Assembly (NCBI RefSeq): GCF_000219355.1
Contig: NC_015722.1
Span: forward strand, 840,001 to 872,000
Direction: 5' to 3'
DNA: 32,000 nt
From: Candidatus Midichloria mitochondrii IricVA
Lineage (GTDB): Bacteria; Pseudomonadota; Alphaproteobacteria; Rickettsiales; Midichloriaceae
Both the position numbers and the translations under genes were made by a program. This document shows positions 1 through 9,864 of this stretch, in pieces. How positions within the stretch are numbered: the first letter of the stretch is position 1; each line of letters opens with the position of its first letter. Under the pieces are notes generated by a model. It was not told the DNA's origin. It ran no database searches and saw nothing but the letters and a program-made list of their open reading frames with translations.

Positions 1-1230
1 GCCTCAGAAGGACCAAGTGTTATAGATATAGGAGAGCTGTATGCAAAAACTGGCCTTTTCACCTACGACCCAGGCTTCATGTCGACCGCCTCATGTAGGT
101 CAACAATTACTTATATAGATGGAGACAATGGGATATTAAGGCATCGAGGATATGATATTACCGATCTTGCCACTTCCGCAAATTTTACGGATGTGGCCTA
201 TTTGCTATTATATGGAGAGTTGCCTAATAAAAGCGAAGCAGAAAAATTCGCTACAGAGATAAAGCAGCATTCTATGGTGCATGAACAACTGCATTTTTTA
301 TATAGGGGTTTTCCGCGCCACTCCCACCCTATGGCAGTAATGGTAGGCGCCGTTGCGTCATTATCAGCATTCTATCACGATTATTTAGATGTCAGAGACC
401 GCACCCAAAGAGAAATTTCTGCAATTAGGTTAATTGCTAAAATCCCAACGTTAGCTGCAATGGCGTACAAATATTCTATAGGACAGCCCTTTGTTTATCC
501 TGATAACAACTTAAGCTATAGTGAAGATTTCTTACACATGATGTTTGCAGTTCCGGCTGAAAAATATAAAGTTAACCCGGTCATGGCAGATGCTTTAAAT
601 AAATTATTTATTTTGCATGCTGATCATGAACAAAATGCTTCCACTTCTACCGTGCGGCTATCTGGCTCTTCTGGAGCTAACCCGTTTGCGGTCATAGGCG
701 CAGGTATTGCTTCTCTTTGGGGGCCTGCACACGGCGGGGCTAACGAAGCTGTAATAAAAATGCTAGAAGAAATAGGGCACGCTTCTCGAATACAAATTTA
801 TGTAAACAAAGCGAAGGATAAGGGTGATCCTTTTAGATTAATGGGCTTCGGTCATAGAGTTTATAAAAATTATGATCCAAGAGCTACTGTGCTTAAAGCT
901 TCTTGCTATGAACTAGTAAAAGAACTAGGAATTAAGGACGATCATCTTTTAGATATCGCTCTAAAATTAGAAGAGATCGCCCTAAATGATCCTTATTTTA
1001 TAGAACGCAAGCTTTATCCAAACGTAGATTTCTATTCTGGTATTATATATAGAATGCTTGGTATTCCAACTCAAATGTTTACAGTGATGTTTGCGGTGGC
1101 AAGGGCAACAGGCTGGATGGCTCAATGGAAAGAAATGATGGATGATCCAGAACAAAAAATTGGCAGACCAAGACAGTTATATGTGGGTCAAACAAAGAGG
1201 GAATTGCGTGATACCCCTTTTGGCAAGTAG
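1..1230 (+). CDS. gltA: Citrate synthase, 5'-truncated by the window edge
   Basis: Frame 1 is open from base 1 ([42 protein letters not shown]...). Canonical citrate synthase motifs are present: [49 protein letters not shown]. Very similar to the Rickettsia GltA sequence as I recall it. Confidence 0.95.
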   Translation, partial: ASEGPSVIDIGELYAKTGLFTYDPGFMSTASCRSTITYIDGDNGILRHRGYDITDLATSANFTDVAYLLLYGELPNKSEAEKFATEIKQHSMVHEQLHFLYRGFPRHSHPMAVMVGAVASLSAFYHDYLDVRDRTQREISAIRLIAKIPTLAAMAYKYSIGQPFVYPDNNLSYSEDFLHMMFAVPAEKYKVNPVMADALNKLFILHADHEQNASTSTVRLSGSSGANPFAVIGAGIASLWGPAHGGANEAVIKMLEEIGHASRIQIYVNKAKDKGDPFRLMGFGHRVYKNYDPRATVLKASCYELVKELGIKDDHLLDIALKLEEIALNDPYFIERKLYPNVDFYSGIIYRMLGIPTQMFTVMFAVARATGWMAQWKEMMDDPEQKIGRPRQLYVGQTKRELRDTPFGK

Positions 1231-1466
1231 GTTGCTAAAGTAATAAAACCCATACCTTAGTAGGTAAATTATAAGAACTTAACTTAGATATAAAAAGTAT
1301 GGGCCGGCCTTGCATTTATCTCCTAAATAGCACAAGCAATGCTATATTATTTCGCTATAACTTGGTGATCTGAAAAAATCCTCTATAAAGAAGACCACAA
1401 AGATGATAAAATCTTTACCAAGCGATGAATAAAATGTGGGAGGGCTCTCTTTGATACTTCGTAAGA

Positions 1467-2176
1467 AACCTCAGTTTGACGTTAAGGAGTATGCCCGTGA
1501 GCCTATTTTTCCATGAGATAATATTGGGTTGAAGACATAAGCCAAGAGCCCTGAGAAAGAGGTCTGCCAAGAAATTGTTTGGCGAGTGATGCCGTGTGGT
1601 GCCGGATTTGGCAAATCTCTTTCAATTGTCCGATGGCTGTTTCAATCAATCCACGCCCTGCAAGAAGCAGTTGTTTAAAAGCCGCAAGCGGGTTTTGTCC
1701 TTGATTGCTCAGTGTTTGCTTATATACCACCGATCTCCGAATAGAAGGCCTGTCAAATATTGAGTCAGTTTCTCGACAACGGCTCGATCATCTGTATTAC
1801 CCGAAGTCAGTGTGAATGACATAATCTCTCCTTGATCATTGAGGCCAAAGAACCATCGGGTCGACGTTTTCCCACGCTGAGCGATGCCTTTAAGGATCTT
1901 ATTACGGCTAGTACGTGAGTTATGGCAAACCTTTTCCAGCTTTTTGTTGAGTCAAGGTACCTGTTTGTTTCCCTTTGCAGCAATTCAGCAGAATGACCAA
2001 CGGGATGACCGCGTCTCGCATCCAGCTCAACAAAGCGATTGTAGCTGATAAGCTTCGGCAATCCCTCTCTGAGAGAGATTTGAACACAGTTTAGGTAAAA
2101 ATCAGAACTTAATGGCTACACAGCTTCTTTAAAACCATATCAGATAATTTCTTTAAACTTACCTCAAACTGGGGTT
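1467..2176 (-). mobile_element. IS982-like element, copy A. Internally deleted (about 190-240 bp of the 5' coding part missing) and frameshifted.
   Basis: Starts with AACCTCAGTTTGACGTTAAG (the IRR complement) and ends with CTTACCTCAAACTGGGGTT (the IRL complement), the same termini as the other copies. ORFs 1503-1730 and 1807-2061 are transposase fragments. Compared with copy D, the sequence jumps from ttaggtaaaaatc straight to agaacttaatgg. Confidence 0.85.
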
Positions 2177-2190
2177 AATTTAGGATCGCG

Positions 2191-2271
2191 TTATCTCAAA
2201 GAAGCTTGCGTTTCGAGGTGCTTTAGCTGCTGTGCTTTTAAACAGAAGTGTATTGCTTTAACAGAAAGCAT
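2191..2271 (-). pseudogene. Orphan gene start (strong SD plus ATG, 26 codons) directly downstream of virB9. Possibly the remnant of the next T4SS gene, cut off by IS copy A.
   Basis: On the minus strand the virB9 stop TAA is followed by ttgtttactattAAGGAGGcATG. The reading frame stops after 26 codons, 14 nt before the IS end at 2176. Identity as virB10 is inferred from canonical virB8-B9-B10 order only, not from sequence. Confidence 0.25.
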
Positions 2272-2291
2272 GCCTCCTTAATAGTAAACAA

Positions 2292-3071
2292 TTAGTAATA
2301 TATAGAATTATATGATTCGTTAAACACGCAAATTGTAGATTTACCATGTCTTAGTGTAAACTTCGCAGCTACTCTTTCAACAACCACATATTTACCGGCT
2401 ATTCTATAATTAATAATTCCTTCACGATTATCCGAATCAACTAAGAATATAGCTGGGATTTCAGCATTGATATCGCGGAATTTAAAATAAGTAAATTCTC
2501 CATCGTCGAAAATCTGTAAGGGCTCGATATCTGATTTTTTTCCGCTAATTTTGTAATTAAAATTGTAGAGTTCAGGGTGAGTTAAATCTGGGCCATGATA
2601 AGAAGAAAGGGTTCTGATTGCTTGAGAAGCTCCGCTATTGCTGCTGTTCACGGCAAAAGATGAATAAATTCCATCATCCGGATAAACGAATTTCACCACA
2701 AAAGATAAATTATCATCACCAATATCTGCTGCATCTTCTGCATGCATTTCGAAAAAATACATTCTTTTGTTAGTAATAACAGTCATATTAGTTGTTGCAT
2801 CGTCTTCTATAGGCTTTAAAAATATTCGGTTGCCGGCAGGGACAATCTGCCAAGGAGTTGGGGTGCCCATAGAGATAGTATTAATTTCCTCGTCTAAACC
2901 AAATTCTATTATAGACTGGTAAGTGTAATGGCCTACAAACCTAAAAACCGTATTGGGCTTATAATTAATTATTTTAATCCTATTTTCGTTTCCAATTCCT
3001 CTAGGTACAGTAGTCGCTTTAGAAGGCACAACTTGGAGAAAAAATGCTAAAAATATCATCAACCTTAACAT
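2292..3071 (-). CDS. virB9: Type IV secretion system protein VirB9 (rvh-type, full-length, with signal peptide)
   Basis: 259 aa with N-terminal signal-like MLRLMIFLAFFLQVVPSKA. VirB9/TrbG/CagX-like core: IKIINYKPNTVFRFVGHYTYQSIIEFGLDEEINTISMGTPTPWQIVPAGNRIFLKPIEDDATTNMTVITNKRMYFFEM. Sits 3 nt downstream of virB8. Confidence 0.85.
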   Translation of the reverse strand: MLRLMIFLAFFLQVVPSKATTVPRGIGNENRIKIINYKPNTVFRFVGHYTYQSIIEFGLDEEINTISMGTPTPWQIVPAGNRIFLKPIEDDATTNMTVITNKRMYFFEMHAEDAADIGDDNLSFVVKFVYPDDGIYSSFAVNSSNSGASQAIRTLSSYHGPDLTHPELYNFNYKISGKKSDIEPLQIFDDGEFTYFKFRDINAEIPAIFLVDSDNREGIINYRIAGKYVVVERVAAKFTLRHGKSTICVFNESYNSIYY

Positions 3072-3074
3072 TAC

Positions 3075-3785
3075 CTAACCTTTGTAATCTGTTTTTTTCA
3101 TGGTTTTATAAGCTGTGACAATAAAATTTAAATTACTCTTATAGTCTAGAACATTAGTTATACTATTCAAACTAAAGTTTATTTCAGCAAGCCAATATGA
3201 AGCACTTTCTTTAGTGGAATTCTTTTCTATAGCTTTAAAGATCACATGCGCAGTATTTGGCCTATTAACTCCTTCTGGAAATTTTATTGATTCTATAGAG
3301 ATAGTTCTTTCTATCTGTAATTTATATTTCAATATAGGACTATCTGGATTTTTTTGAGGATCCATATAATTTAAATAATTTGTATAAACTCGCCTGGAGG
3401 AGGTTGACCTTATAGATAAAAGTTTTTCTTGGATTATATCTTGGTTAAGGCCATTATACCTGTATTCTTCTCTATTGATTACATAGTAGGCGATTAGATA
3501 CCTAACCACTGAAGTGTCTATGGATTCATAACCTTGCGCTAGCGACTTTATCCTGGATTGAAAGTCCACCTGATCATCAACATATATAGGAACCGGATAC
3601 TTAACCGCGAAATACTTATCCATCATTGAATCCACCACAAAATAGGCTCCTGTTGATATGATTAGCAAAAATATAGATGAAGCAATAACTTGGGTATTGA
3701 CGCCAAGATATCTGTCAGCATACCAGTTACGAGCCTTTTCAAAATATTCACCACTTTCTATTTGCTGATGCAACTCGGTAATCAT
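3075..3785 (-). CDS. virB8: Type IV secretion system protein VirB8
   Basis: 236 aa. Has the N-terminal YFEKARNWYADRY motif followed by one TM segment (VIASSIFLLIISTGAYFVV) and a periplasmic domain, which is typical VirB8 architecture. Immediately upstream of virB9. Confidence 0.8.
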   Translation of the reverse strand: MITELHQQIESGEYFEKARNWYADRYLGVNTQVIASSIFLLIISTGAYFVVDSMMDKYFAVKYPVPIYVDDQVDFQSRIKSLAQGYESIDTSVVRYLIAYYVINREEYRYNGLNQDIIQEKLLSIRSTSSRRVYTNYLNYMDPQKNPDSPILKYKLQIERTISIESIKFPEGVNRPNTAHVIFKAIEKNSTKESASYWLAEINFSLNSITNVLDYKSNLNFIVTAYKTMKKTDYKG

Positions 3786-3893
3786 TTCTCTACAAATACA
3801 TTAATAAATTTATCCTATCTATGAATACGATATATTCTTTCAGTTTAATTTACAAGACGAGTATGGTAAGTTAACCCTCAGAAACTTATTAAC

Positions 3894-4970
3894 TTATTTT
3901 TTGTATGAATATTTGTTTACTATTAGACATTTAAATAATTCTCCCATTTTTTTTGGAGATAAGAGTATTTCTAGTTGGGAGTTTATTTTTTGCTTATCTG
4001 CACCATATTTGTTAATTAATTGCTCTGCTCTTTGCTGTATTTCACAGCTCTCTAGAAAATCTTTTTGGCTTGTTAAAGTGCATTTCAGATTTTTATTTAA
4101 AAAATAATTTTGCAGCCGAGAGAAATTAACTAAATAGGTAATATCTGCTTTACCTATACAATCCAAAAAGTGTACTCTTTTATGATTCCTGATAGCTTGC
4201 AACGTACTGCTTTGAACCATATTAGTGTGGCCATAATCAATCAATAAGAAAAGGCCGTGGTTAGTAAGAATAGAGTTAGCTATGATCTCTAAATAGTATT
4301 TTGCAGAAGGAGAGTATTCTAAAAATTCTGATTTAGCTGCGCTTTTTGAAAAATTATTCTGTATAGATGTAGAGTCCATTTTTATTAGAGGCGCAACTTT
4401 AAATTTTTGAAATTGATCTAATACTAGACACAATTCATACCAATGCCCATTAATGAATTGAAACTGTTTAATAGGTAAAGCATCAAAAAATTCATTTGCT
4501 ATGAATATACAATGATTATTGCTTATGTATTGCTCTAATTCCTGGAGCCGGTCCAGCCATACACATTTACCGATATAAGCAGTTAGGTTTTGCTGTTGAT
4601 AACTTCTTAACTTGGGACTCATTTCATAGAGAATGATTTTATCTATTGAATTATGAAAGCCGGGTATATGTTTTGTGGCCCTTAAGAAGTCAGACATTAG
4701 ATAACCTCGGCCTGGCCCTAACTCAACTACAGTTATATTATTATTAGTGCAATTTTTTAGCCAGTAATTAGCAGTATATATTCCTACCATTTCGCCAAAG
4801 AGCTGGCTAGTTTCTGGTGCCGTTATAAAATCACCATGTTTGCCCACACTTTCTTGACTACTATAATAGAAGGGGATTACCAGCGATAAAAAATGATCTA
4901 GAGTAATGTAACCCTGTTCTAGAATGTCTTTTTTAATTAAGGATTCAATACTAATCATTGATTTTCTCAT
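3894..4970 (-). CDS. Class I SAM-dependent methyltransferase, NDUFAF7/MidA (DUF185) family
   Basis: Family-typical motifs GDFITAPETSQLFGEMVGIY and VELGPGRGYLMSDFL. 358 aa. The true start may be the internal Met (MISIESL), which reduces the overlap with hda. Confidence 0.8.
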   Translation of the reverse strand: MRKSMISIESLIKKDILEQGYITLDHFLSLVIPFYYSSQESVGKHGDFITAPETSQLFGEMVGIYTANYWLKNCTNNNITVVELGPGRGYLMSDFLRATKHIPGFHNSIDKIILYEMSPKLRSYQQQNLTAYIGKCVWLDRLQELEQYISNNHCIFIANEFFDALPIKQFQFINGHWYELCLVLDQFQKFKVAPLIKMDSTSIQNNFSKSAAKSEFLEYSPSAKYYLEIIANSILTNHGLFLLIDYGHTNMVQSSTLQAIRNHKRVHFLDCIGKADITYLVNFSRLQNYFLNKNLKCTLTSQKDFLESCEIQQRAEQLINKYGADKQKINSQLEILLSPKKMGELFKCLIVNKYSYKK

Positions 4971-5613
4971 TGACTAACTTTAATTTCTCTAAGACTTCCT
5001 TGATCAGTCTAATAGTGATATTGCGCTTTTGGCTTAAAGATAGTTTATCTAAATGGATAACAAAAGTCTTAATGTCAACAAAGCTTCTTTTGACCCTGAC
5101 AGTAATATAGTTTAAAACTTCCTTATTTACCTTAACCTGTTTATCATGCAACATTTTACCGACCAAAACCTGTACCATATTTTCATCAGGATCCTTAATC
5201 AAAACTTTATAAGTAGAGTTAAATCTTGATCTTAAATCTTTAAGTTCTACATGGTTATAATGACTAGAAGTGAGCAATAATTTTTTCTTATGTTCAAAGG
5301 CCGTGTTAATAATATTTAATATTTCAATTTCTGGATAGTTTTGTAGATCTTCAAAAATGAATGCGCTACTCTCTTTTAAAGCTACTAGCTGAGATAAATC
5401 TTTGATATAATGTGCCCCACTTTTTTGTTGCCAAATTTTTGTTAAATGAGTTTTACCAGAGCCACTTTCTCCTATAATTAACAAACGATTTTGTGGCCAC
5501 ATAATATTTGACGTAACCGCCTTATAGGCTTCTAAGTTAGAATAGGAAACTACAAAATCTGAAACGTTATAAGAGGAGTCATCGTTAATAATAGGTAAAA
5601 TTATTTGTTGCAT
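4951..5613 (-). CDS. hda: DnaA-related regulatory protein Hda/HdaA
   Basis: 220 aa. Walker-A-like LLIIGESGSGKTHLTKIW. Size and layout match the alphaproteobacterial HdaA (DnaA domain III-like). Confidence 0.7.
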   Translation of the reverse strand: MQQIILPIINDDSSYNVSDFVVSYSNLEAYKAVTSNIMWPQNRLLIIGESGSGKTHLTKIWQQKSGAHYIKDLSQLVALKESSAFIFEDLQNYPEIEILNIINTAFEHKKKLLLTSSHYNHVELKDLRSRFNSTYKVLIKDPDENMVQVLVGKMLHDKQVKVNKEVLNYITVRVKRSFVDIKTFVIHLDKLSLSQKRNITIRLIKEVLEKLKLVNEKIND

Positions 5614-5717
5614 CAGTTAAAACTAATCAAAAACGCACAGGCAATACACAAAAAAGCGACAGTGGTATTATAATCATAGCCATTATGATGCCAAGTATAA
5701 CAGAAACAGCTGCTTCT

Positions 5718-6560
5718 TCATAAACTATTATTGTGAACAGTTGCAAATACCACGGTGTTAACAGCTGGAGGCATAAAAGATAGGATTAACATAGCGTAGT
5801 TAACCTCTTTAGAATAAAAATTCCAAAACTTGAGATCTAAAAAAACTAATATACCTGTAATGACCGGTGAAACTATAAACCGAGCAGACAGTAAAACCCA
5901 AACAAATTTCCAATCTATTTTTAACCTTGCAAGGTTTGATAGACTTATTCCTATTAACATTAAACCTAATACAACATAACATTCTTGGGTGTTTTCAAAG
6001 AAACTTTTCATTACAGGTGGCACCTTGAAGTTCAGCTTATTTAATACAAGGCCAAGAATAAATGCATGTACCATGGGTAACTTTAACACTTTGTTGAGTG
6101 ATTGTTTGATGCTATAACTGCCTCTTGCCATCACATAAGCGCCGATTGTGTATTCGTATATAGCAATGCCTATAATGGTGAGCATATATATACCCACAAC
6201 TTCTTGATCAAAGAATACCATAACTACCGGAAGCCCAAAGTATCCGTTGTTACTAGCGCCTGCTGCAAAGGCTAATAAGTTTTTGATTTTATCTTCCCAA
6301 ATTTTGCCAGAAATAAACAGATACAAAAAACAAAGAACAACTGATAATAAAAATGATAATACGGGAAGGAGCAGATGGTGGGGTTGGCTTGAAGTATTGA
6401 TGCCTATATTAAAAAATGTAATTGGGGTTATTAGAAAGATAAGGAGAGTTCCTATGCTATGCCGTTCGACTTTCATCTTTCCAGCAATCAAGCCAATTAT
6501 TACAAATAAATAAAGCGGAGCCAACTTTGCATACGCACTAAAGAAGTTTAACATTTCCAT
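5718..6560 (-). CDS. AEC (auxin efflux carrier) family membrane transporter
   Basis: 280 aa polytopic membrane protein. The N-terminus MLNFFSAYAKLAPLYLFVIIGLIAGK and the overall hydrophobic repeat pattern are typical of AEC permeases. Confidence 0.65.
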   Translation of the reverse strand: MEMLNFFSAYAKLAPLYLFVIIGLIAGKMKVERHSIGTLLIFLITPITFFNIGINTSSQPHHLLLPVLSFLLSVVLCFLYLFISGKIWEDKIKNLLAFAAGASNNGYFGLPVVMVFFDQEVVGIYMLTIIGIAIYEYTIGAYVMARGSYSIKQSLNKVLKLPMVHAFILGLVLNKLNFKVPPVMKSFFENTQECYVVLGLMLIGISLSNLARLKIDWKFVWVLLSARFIVSPVITGILVFLDLKFWNFYSKEVNYAMLILSFMPPAVNTVVFATVHNNSL

Positions 6561-6574
6561 ACGAATAGTCTTTG

Positions 6575-6973
6575 TTAATTGTTTTTTAACGTCGACTTAG
6601 CAAGTTCGACGGTTGATAAAGTTTCAATTCTGCTAAGTATAGTTAAAATATTGGGATTAAAAATATCCTTTTTTATTTCTCTTATATAATTTACAATATA
6701 CTTTAACTGCTTTAGATTAACTTCATCTGAAAGTGTACCAATTCTGTACTGCTCTAATAACATTAGCAGCTCTTTAGCTTTTTCTAAAATTTCTTCCTCG
6801 CTCTTGTTATCATCAATTTCTTGCAAAAGAAATAAGGTTTGCTCCGTTGGTTGAGCATTAAAAATTTTTTTGTCAGTATTTGTGTCATCTATATCAGATA
6901 TAGACTCAAATTTGTTTATGACATGTTTTATTTTTTTTTCAGTTTTTTTTTGCTTTCTTAACAAGATCAACAT
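6575..6973 (-). CDS. Small acidic coiled-coil protein, candidate FliX-like class II flagellar assembly regulator
   Basis: 132 aa. LFLLQEIDD...EEILEKAKELLMLLEQYRIGTL...LSRIETLSTVELAKS parallels the FliX pattern as I recall it from Caulobacter (L..LQ[ED] ... LD.LDELK..LL.G ... IETRAAVELAKL). Recognised from memory, not searched. Confidence 0.4.
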   Translation of the reverse strand: MLILLRKQKKTEKKIKHVINKFESISDIDDTNTDKKIFNAQPTEQTLFLLQEIDDNKSEEEILEKAKELLMLLEQYRIGTLSDEVNLKQLKYIVNYIREIKKDIFNPNILTILSRIETLSTVELAKSTLKNN

Positions 6974-7020
6974 GCTTAATTCCAGAAATCAACATACATA
7001 AAATTTGTAGTAATAGATTA

Positions 7021-8223
7021 TTATTTTAAACTTATTTTAGTGGCAATGTCTAATAGCTCATCTTTATCATACAAAAAATCGTTCTCAATCCAAGTTTCTA
7101 AAAGAAGGTTCTTTATTTGACCGATTTTAGGGCCAATAGCGCCAAGCTTTATAAGATCTTCTCCCTTCAGCGGGAAGTCTGGATAACGCCAAGTAGTAGA
7201 AGCTAAGATAAACTCTTCTGCCAGTGTATACTGCTCTTCAGTGCTTGCTTTAACTAAAATTGCATTTTTAAAGTAAGCGCCCAGTCTATAAAATTCTCTT
7301 TGGTGAAGTTTAATTTCAGCATTTAACGGCCATGGATACTGGTACTCTCTTAGGAAAGCTAATTCCTTTTTCTCAAGTGTTGATAATCTCCATCTTTTAA
7401 ATAATCCGTTTAATTCTACTGCAGAAATTTTTAACGCTTTTAAAATTAGAGTTAAATTAACTGTAGCATTACCTATGATAAAGTTTAATTCCGGAAGGTT
7501 ATATATTTCAGGCATACCTACATATTGATCTATTCCTGTTTTTTCAAATAACCGAATACTTTTTTTAGCAAATGGGTTGCTGAGTAGTTTAAACATTTCA
7601 GTTTTAATTCTCTCTCCTGATATCTTTTCTAAACCACTTTTTAGCTTAATAGCAGCCATTAAACTATTTTCATCTATACTGTTTCCACCTATATAGGAGA
7701 TAAACCTAAAGTATCTTAATATTCTTAAAAAATCTTCTTTGATACGTTGCTCCGCATTGCCTATAAATTTTATTTTTTTATTCTTTAAATCTTCAATGCC
7801 ATTAAAAAAATCCATCACTGTTCCATCAATTGAAGCGTACATTGCGTTGACAGTGAAGTCTCTCCTTTTAGCGTCTTCTAGCCATTCATCTGTAAACTCA
7901 ACTTCTGCTTTTCTGCCATAGGTCTTGATATCTTTTCTAAGAGTAGTAATCTCGAAAGTAATATGATTAACTACTGCAGTAACCGTTCCAAATTCAAGGC
8001 CTGTAGGGATGCATTTGATTTGATTTAGGGATAAAATCCTCATTACTTCTTGAGGCAAAATTGTTGTAGCAAGATCGATATCTTTAGGAGCTAAGCCTAG
8101 AAGCATATCTCTTACGCAACCTCCTACTAACTTAACGTCACCGTGAGCTTGCAATAAATTATATAAACATAATAATTCTTTTAATATAGAGATGGTATTT
8201 ATATGAATTTTTATAGTGCTCAT
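7021..8223 (-). CDS. cca: CCA tRNA nucleotidyltransferase / poly(A) polymerase family protein
   Basis: 400 aa. Nucleotidyltransferase head motif GGCVRDMLLGLAPKDIDLATT, then RRDFTVNAMY and EDFLRILRYFRF. Confidence 0.85.
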   Translation of the reverse strand: MSTIKIHINTISILKELLCLYNLLQAHGDVKLVGGCVRDMLLGLAPKDIDLATTILPQEVMRILSLNQIKCIPTGLEFGTVTAVVNHITFEITTLRKDIKTYGRKAEVEFTDEWLEDAKRRDFTVNAMYASIDGTVMDFFNGIEDLKNKKIKFIGNAEQRIKEDFLRILRYFRFISYIGGNSIDENSLMAAIKLKSGLEKISGERIKTEMFKLLSNPFAKKSIRLFEKTGIDQYVGMPEIYNLPELNFIIGNATVNLTLILKALKISAVELNGLFKRWRLSTLEKKELAFLREYQYPWPLNAEIKLHQREFYRLGAYFKNAILVKASTEEQYTLAEEFILASTTWRYPDFPLKGEDLIKLGAIGPKIGQIKNLLLETWIENDFLYDKDELLDIATKISLK

Positions 8224-8306
8224 TTATGAAAACATAATTTTTGATAGAATCTAGCAGATTTATCATATATAATAAAGCTGCAATTCTTAGTGCGTGTAGG
8301 GGTTAA

Positions 8307-8762
8307 ATGCTGAGCATATTAATGGATAGTTCTATCAATCTTTGGGTAGTGGCCGCCGTCTTTTTTATTGCGATAGAGATAATACTGGGGTGGTCGGTGG
8401 TTTTCTTTTTTGTGCTTGGCTCAGCATCGCTAATCGTTAGCGTTCTCTTATCACTTAATGTTATTTCAGATGTTTTTGGTCAAATGACTACTTTTTTTAT
8501 TAGTGCTTTAGTTTGTAGCGGGATTTATTGGTTTTTATTTAAACACTTTAAGGGCGGTAATTACAAAAATATGGCTGGCCAAGTGGCTCACGTTGTCTCA
8601 GAAAAACTTGTGAAAGGTGAAGTTGGTTTAGTTAAATGGTCTGGAACTGTTTGTAAGGCGATGCTGCATTCGGGTTCTGAAGAGGATTCAATAGAAGTTG
8701 GCGATAAGGTAGTGATTTTAGATGTAAGAAGTAATATATTATTAGTGAAGAAAAATTTTTAG
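8307..8762 (+). CDS. NfeD-family membrane protein (partner of the SPFH protein)
   Basis: 151 aa. Hydrophobic N-terminal half and a C-terminal OB-like tail (GEVGLVKWSGTVCKAMLHSG...GDKVVILDVRSNILLVKK). Lies 7 nt upstream of the SPFH gene, the classical NfeD-SPFH operon. Confidence 0.75.
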   Translation: MLSILMDSSINLWVVAAVFFIAIEIILGWSVVFFFVLGSASLIVSVLLSLNVISDVFGQMTTFFISALVCSGIYWFLFKHFKGGNYKNMAGQVAHVVSEKLVKGEVGLVKWSGTVCKAMLHSGSEEDSIEVGDKVVILDVRSNILLVKKNF

Positions 8763-8769
8763 TAAAAAA

Positions 8770-9684
8770 ATGGAAGCTTTGTTGGGATTTCTTATCGTTC
8801 TTGTCATCATTGTAGCGACCGGGATTAAAGCGGTCCCCCAACAGGAGAGTTGGATTGTGGAGAGGCTTGGTAAGTATGATCGCATTCTGCAGCCAGGTCT
8901 GAATTTTATCATCCCAATAGTAGAGAAAGTCGCATATAAGCATACGTTAAAAGAGACAGTGTTGGATGTCCTTGAGCAGTCGGCCATCACTAAAGATAAC
9001 GTTTCAGTTTTATTTAACGGAGTTTTGTATGTGAGGATAATTAACCCAGTTGATGCGTCTTATGGAGTGGAAAATCCTTATTATGCAGCAACTCAATTAG
9101 CGCAAACCTCAATGCGGTCCGCGATAGGGAAGTTAACCTTAGATAGAACCTTTGAAGAAAGAGAGTTTTTAAATGCGCAGATAGTCAACGCGATTAATGA
9201 AGCTGCATCAACTTGGGGAATTCAGTGTATGAGATATGAGATCAGAGATATCAAACCGCCTGCAAATGTCTTGCAAGCTATGGAGACTCAAGTGGCTGCA
9301 GAACGTCAGAAGAGGGCAGAAATACTAGAGTCAGAAGGTAGAATGCAGGCTGCAATCAATTTAGCAGAAGCAAAGAAAAGGGAAGTTGTGCTAAATTCAG
9401 AAGCTATTATGACCGAAAAAATGAATTTTGCTCAAGGTGAGGCCTCAGCAATAAAAATGGTTGCAGAGTCAACTGCTGCAGCGATTACCTCTGTAGCTGC
9501 TTCCCTTAAAAATGATGGAGGAACTGAAGCAGCATCGCTAAAGATCGCTGAGCAGTATGTGAACGCTTTTAAGGAGTTAGCCAAGACAACTAATACCGTG
9601 GTTGTGCCTGCTAACACCGGTGATGCAAGTGGGATGATAGCGCAAGCATTGGCGCTGTTTAATAACATTAAATCAAAAGTATAA
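8770..9684 (+). CDS. SPFH/band 7 (stomatin/QmcA-like) protein
   Basis: 304 aa. N-terminal TM segment, then IVERLGKYDRILQPGLNFIIP and a coiled-coil AAERQKRAEILESEGRMQAAINLAEAKK, typical of stomatin-like proteins. Confidence 0.9.
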   Translation: MEALLGFLIVLVIIVATGIKAVPQQESWIVERLGKYDRILQPGLNFIIPIVEKVAYKHTLKETVLDVLEQSAITKDNVSVLFNGVLYVRIINPVDASYGVENPYYAATQLAQTSMRSAIGKLTLDRTFEEREFLNAQIVNAINEAASTWGIQCMRYEIRDIKPPANVLQAMETQVAAERQKRAEILESEGRMQAAINLAEAKKREVVLNSEAIMTEKMNFAQGEASAIKMVAESTAAAITSVAASLKNDGGTEAASLKIAEQYVNAFKELAKTTNTVVVPANTGDASGMIAQALALFNNIKSKV

Positions 9685-9761
9685 ATTTATTATATATTAT
9701 CCATGTCTACCGCTTTATAAATGAAGAATTGGGATATCCTCAGTGGAACACGAGTTAAATT

Positions 9762-9864
9762 AGCCTCAGTTCGACTTAAGGAGTAGGCCCCGCCGCGAGC
9801 CTGTTTTTTCCATGAGATATACCGGGTTTGAAGACACAAAGAGCCCTGAGAAGGTGTTTTTGTT
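9762..9864 (-). mobile_element. Relic of the right end of a second IS982-like copy, into which copy B is inserted (nested IS)
   Basis: gcctcagttcgacttaaggagtaggcc...ccatgagatat...gagccctgagaagg is a diverged, internally deleted version of the IS right end (aacctcagtttgacgttaaggagtatgcc...ccatgagat...). It is joined to copy B by gtgtttttgtt. Confidence 0.7.

Noticed and set aside
1231-1466. Possible terminator or small RNA between gltA and IS copy A (cccatac ... gtatggg, ggccggcc)
   Set aside because: The complementary 7-mers are about 40 nt apart and have no following T-run. This is not a convincing hairpin terminator.
8632-8990. Minus-strand ORFs 8632-8943 and 8742-8990
   Set aside because: They are antisense to the NfeD/SPFH operon junction and have no homology features. 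Shadow ORFs.
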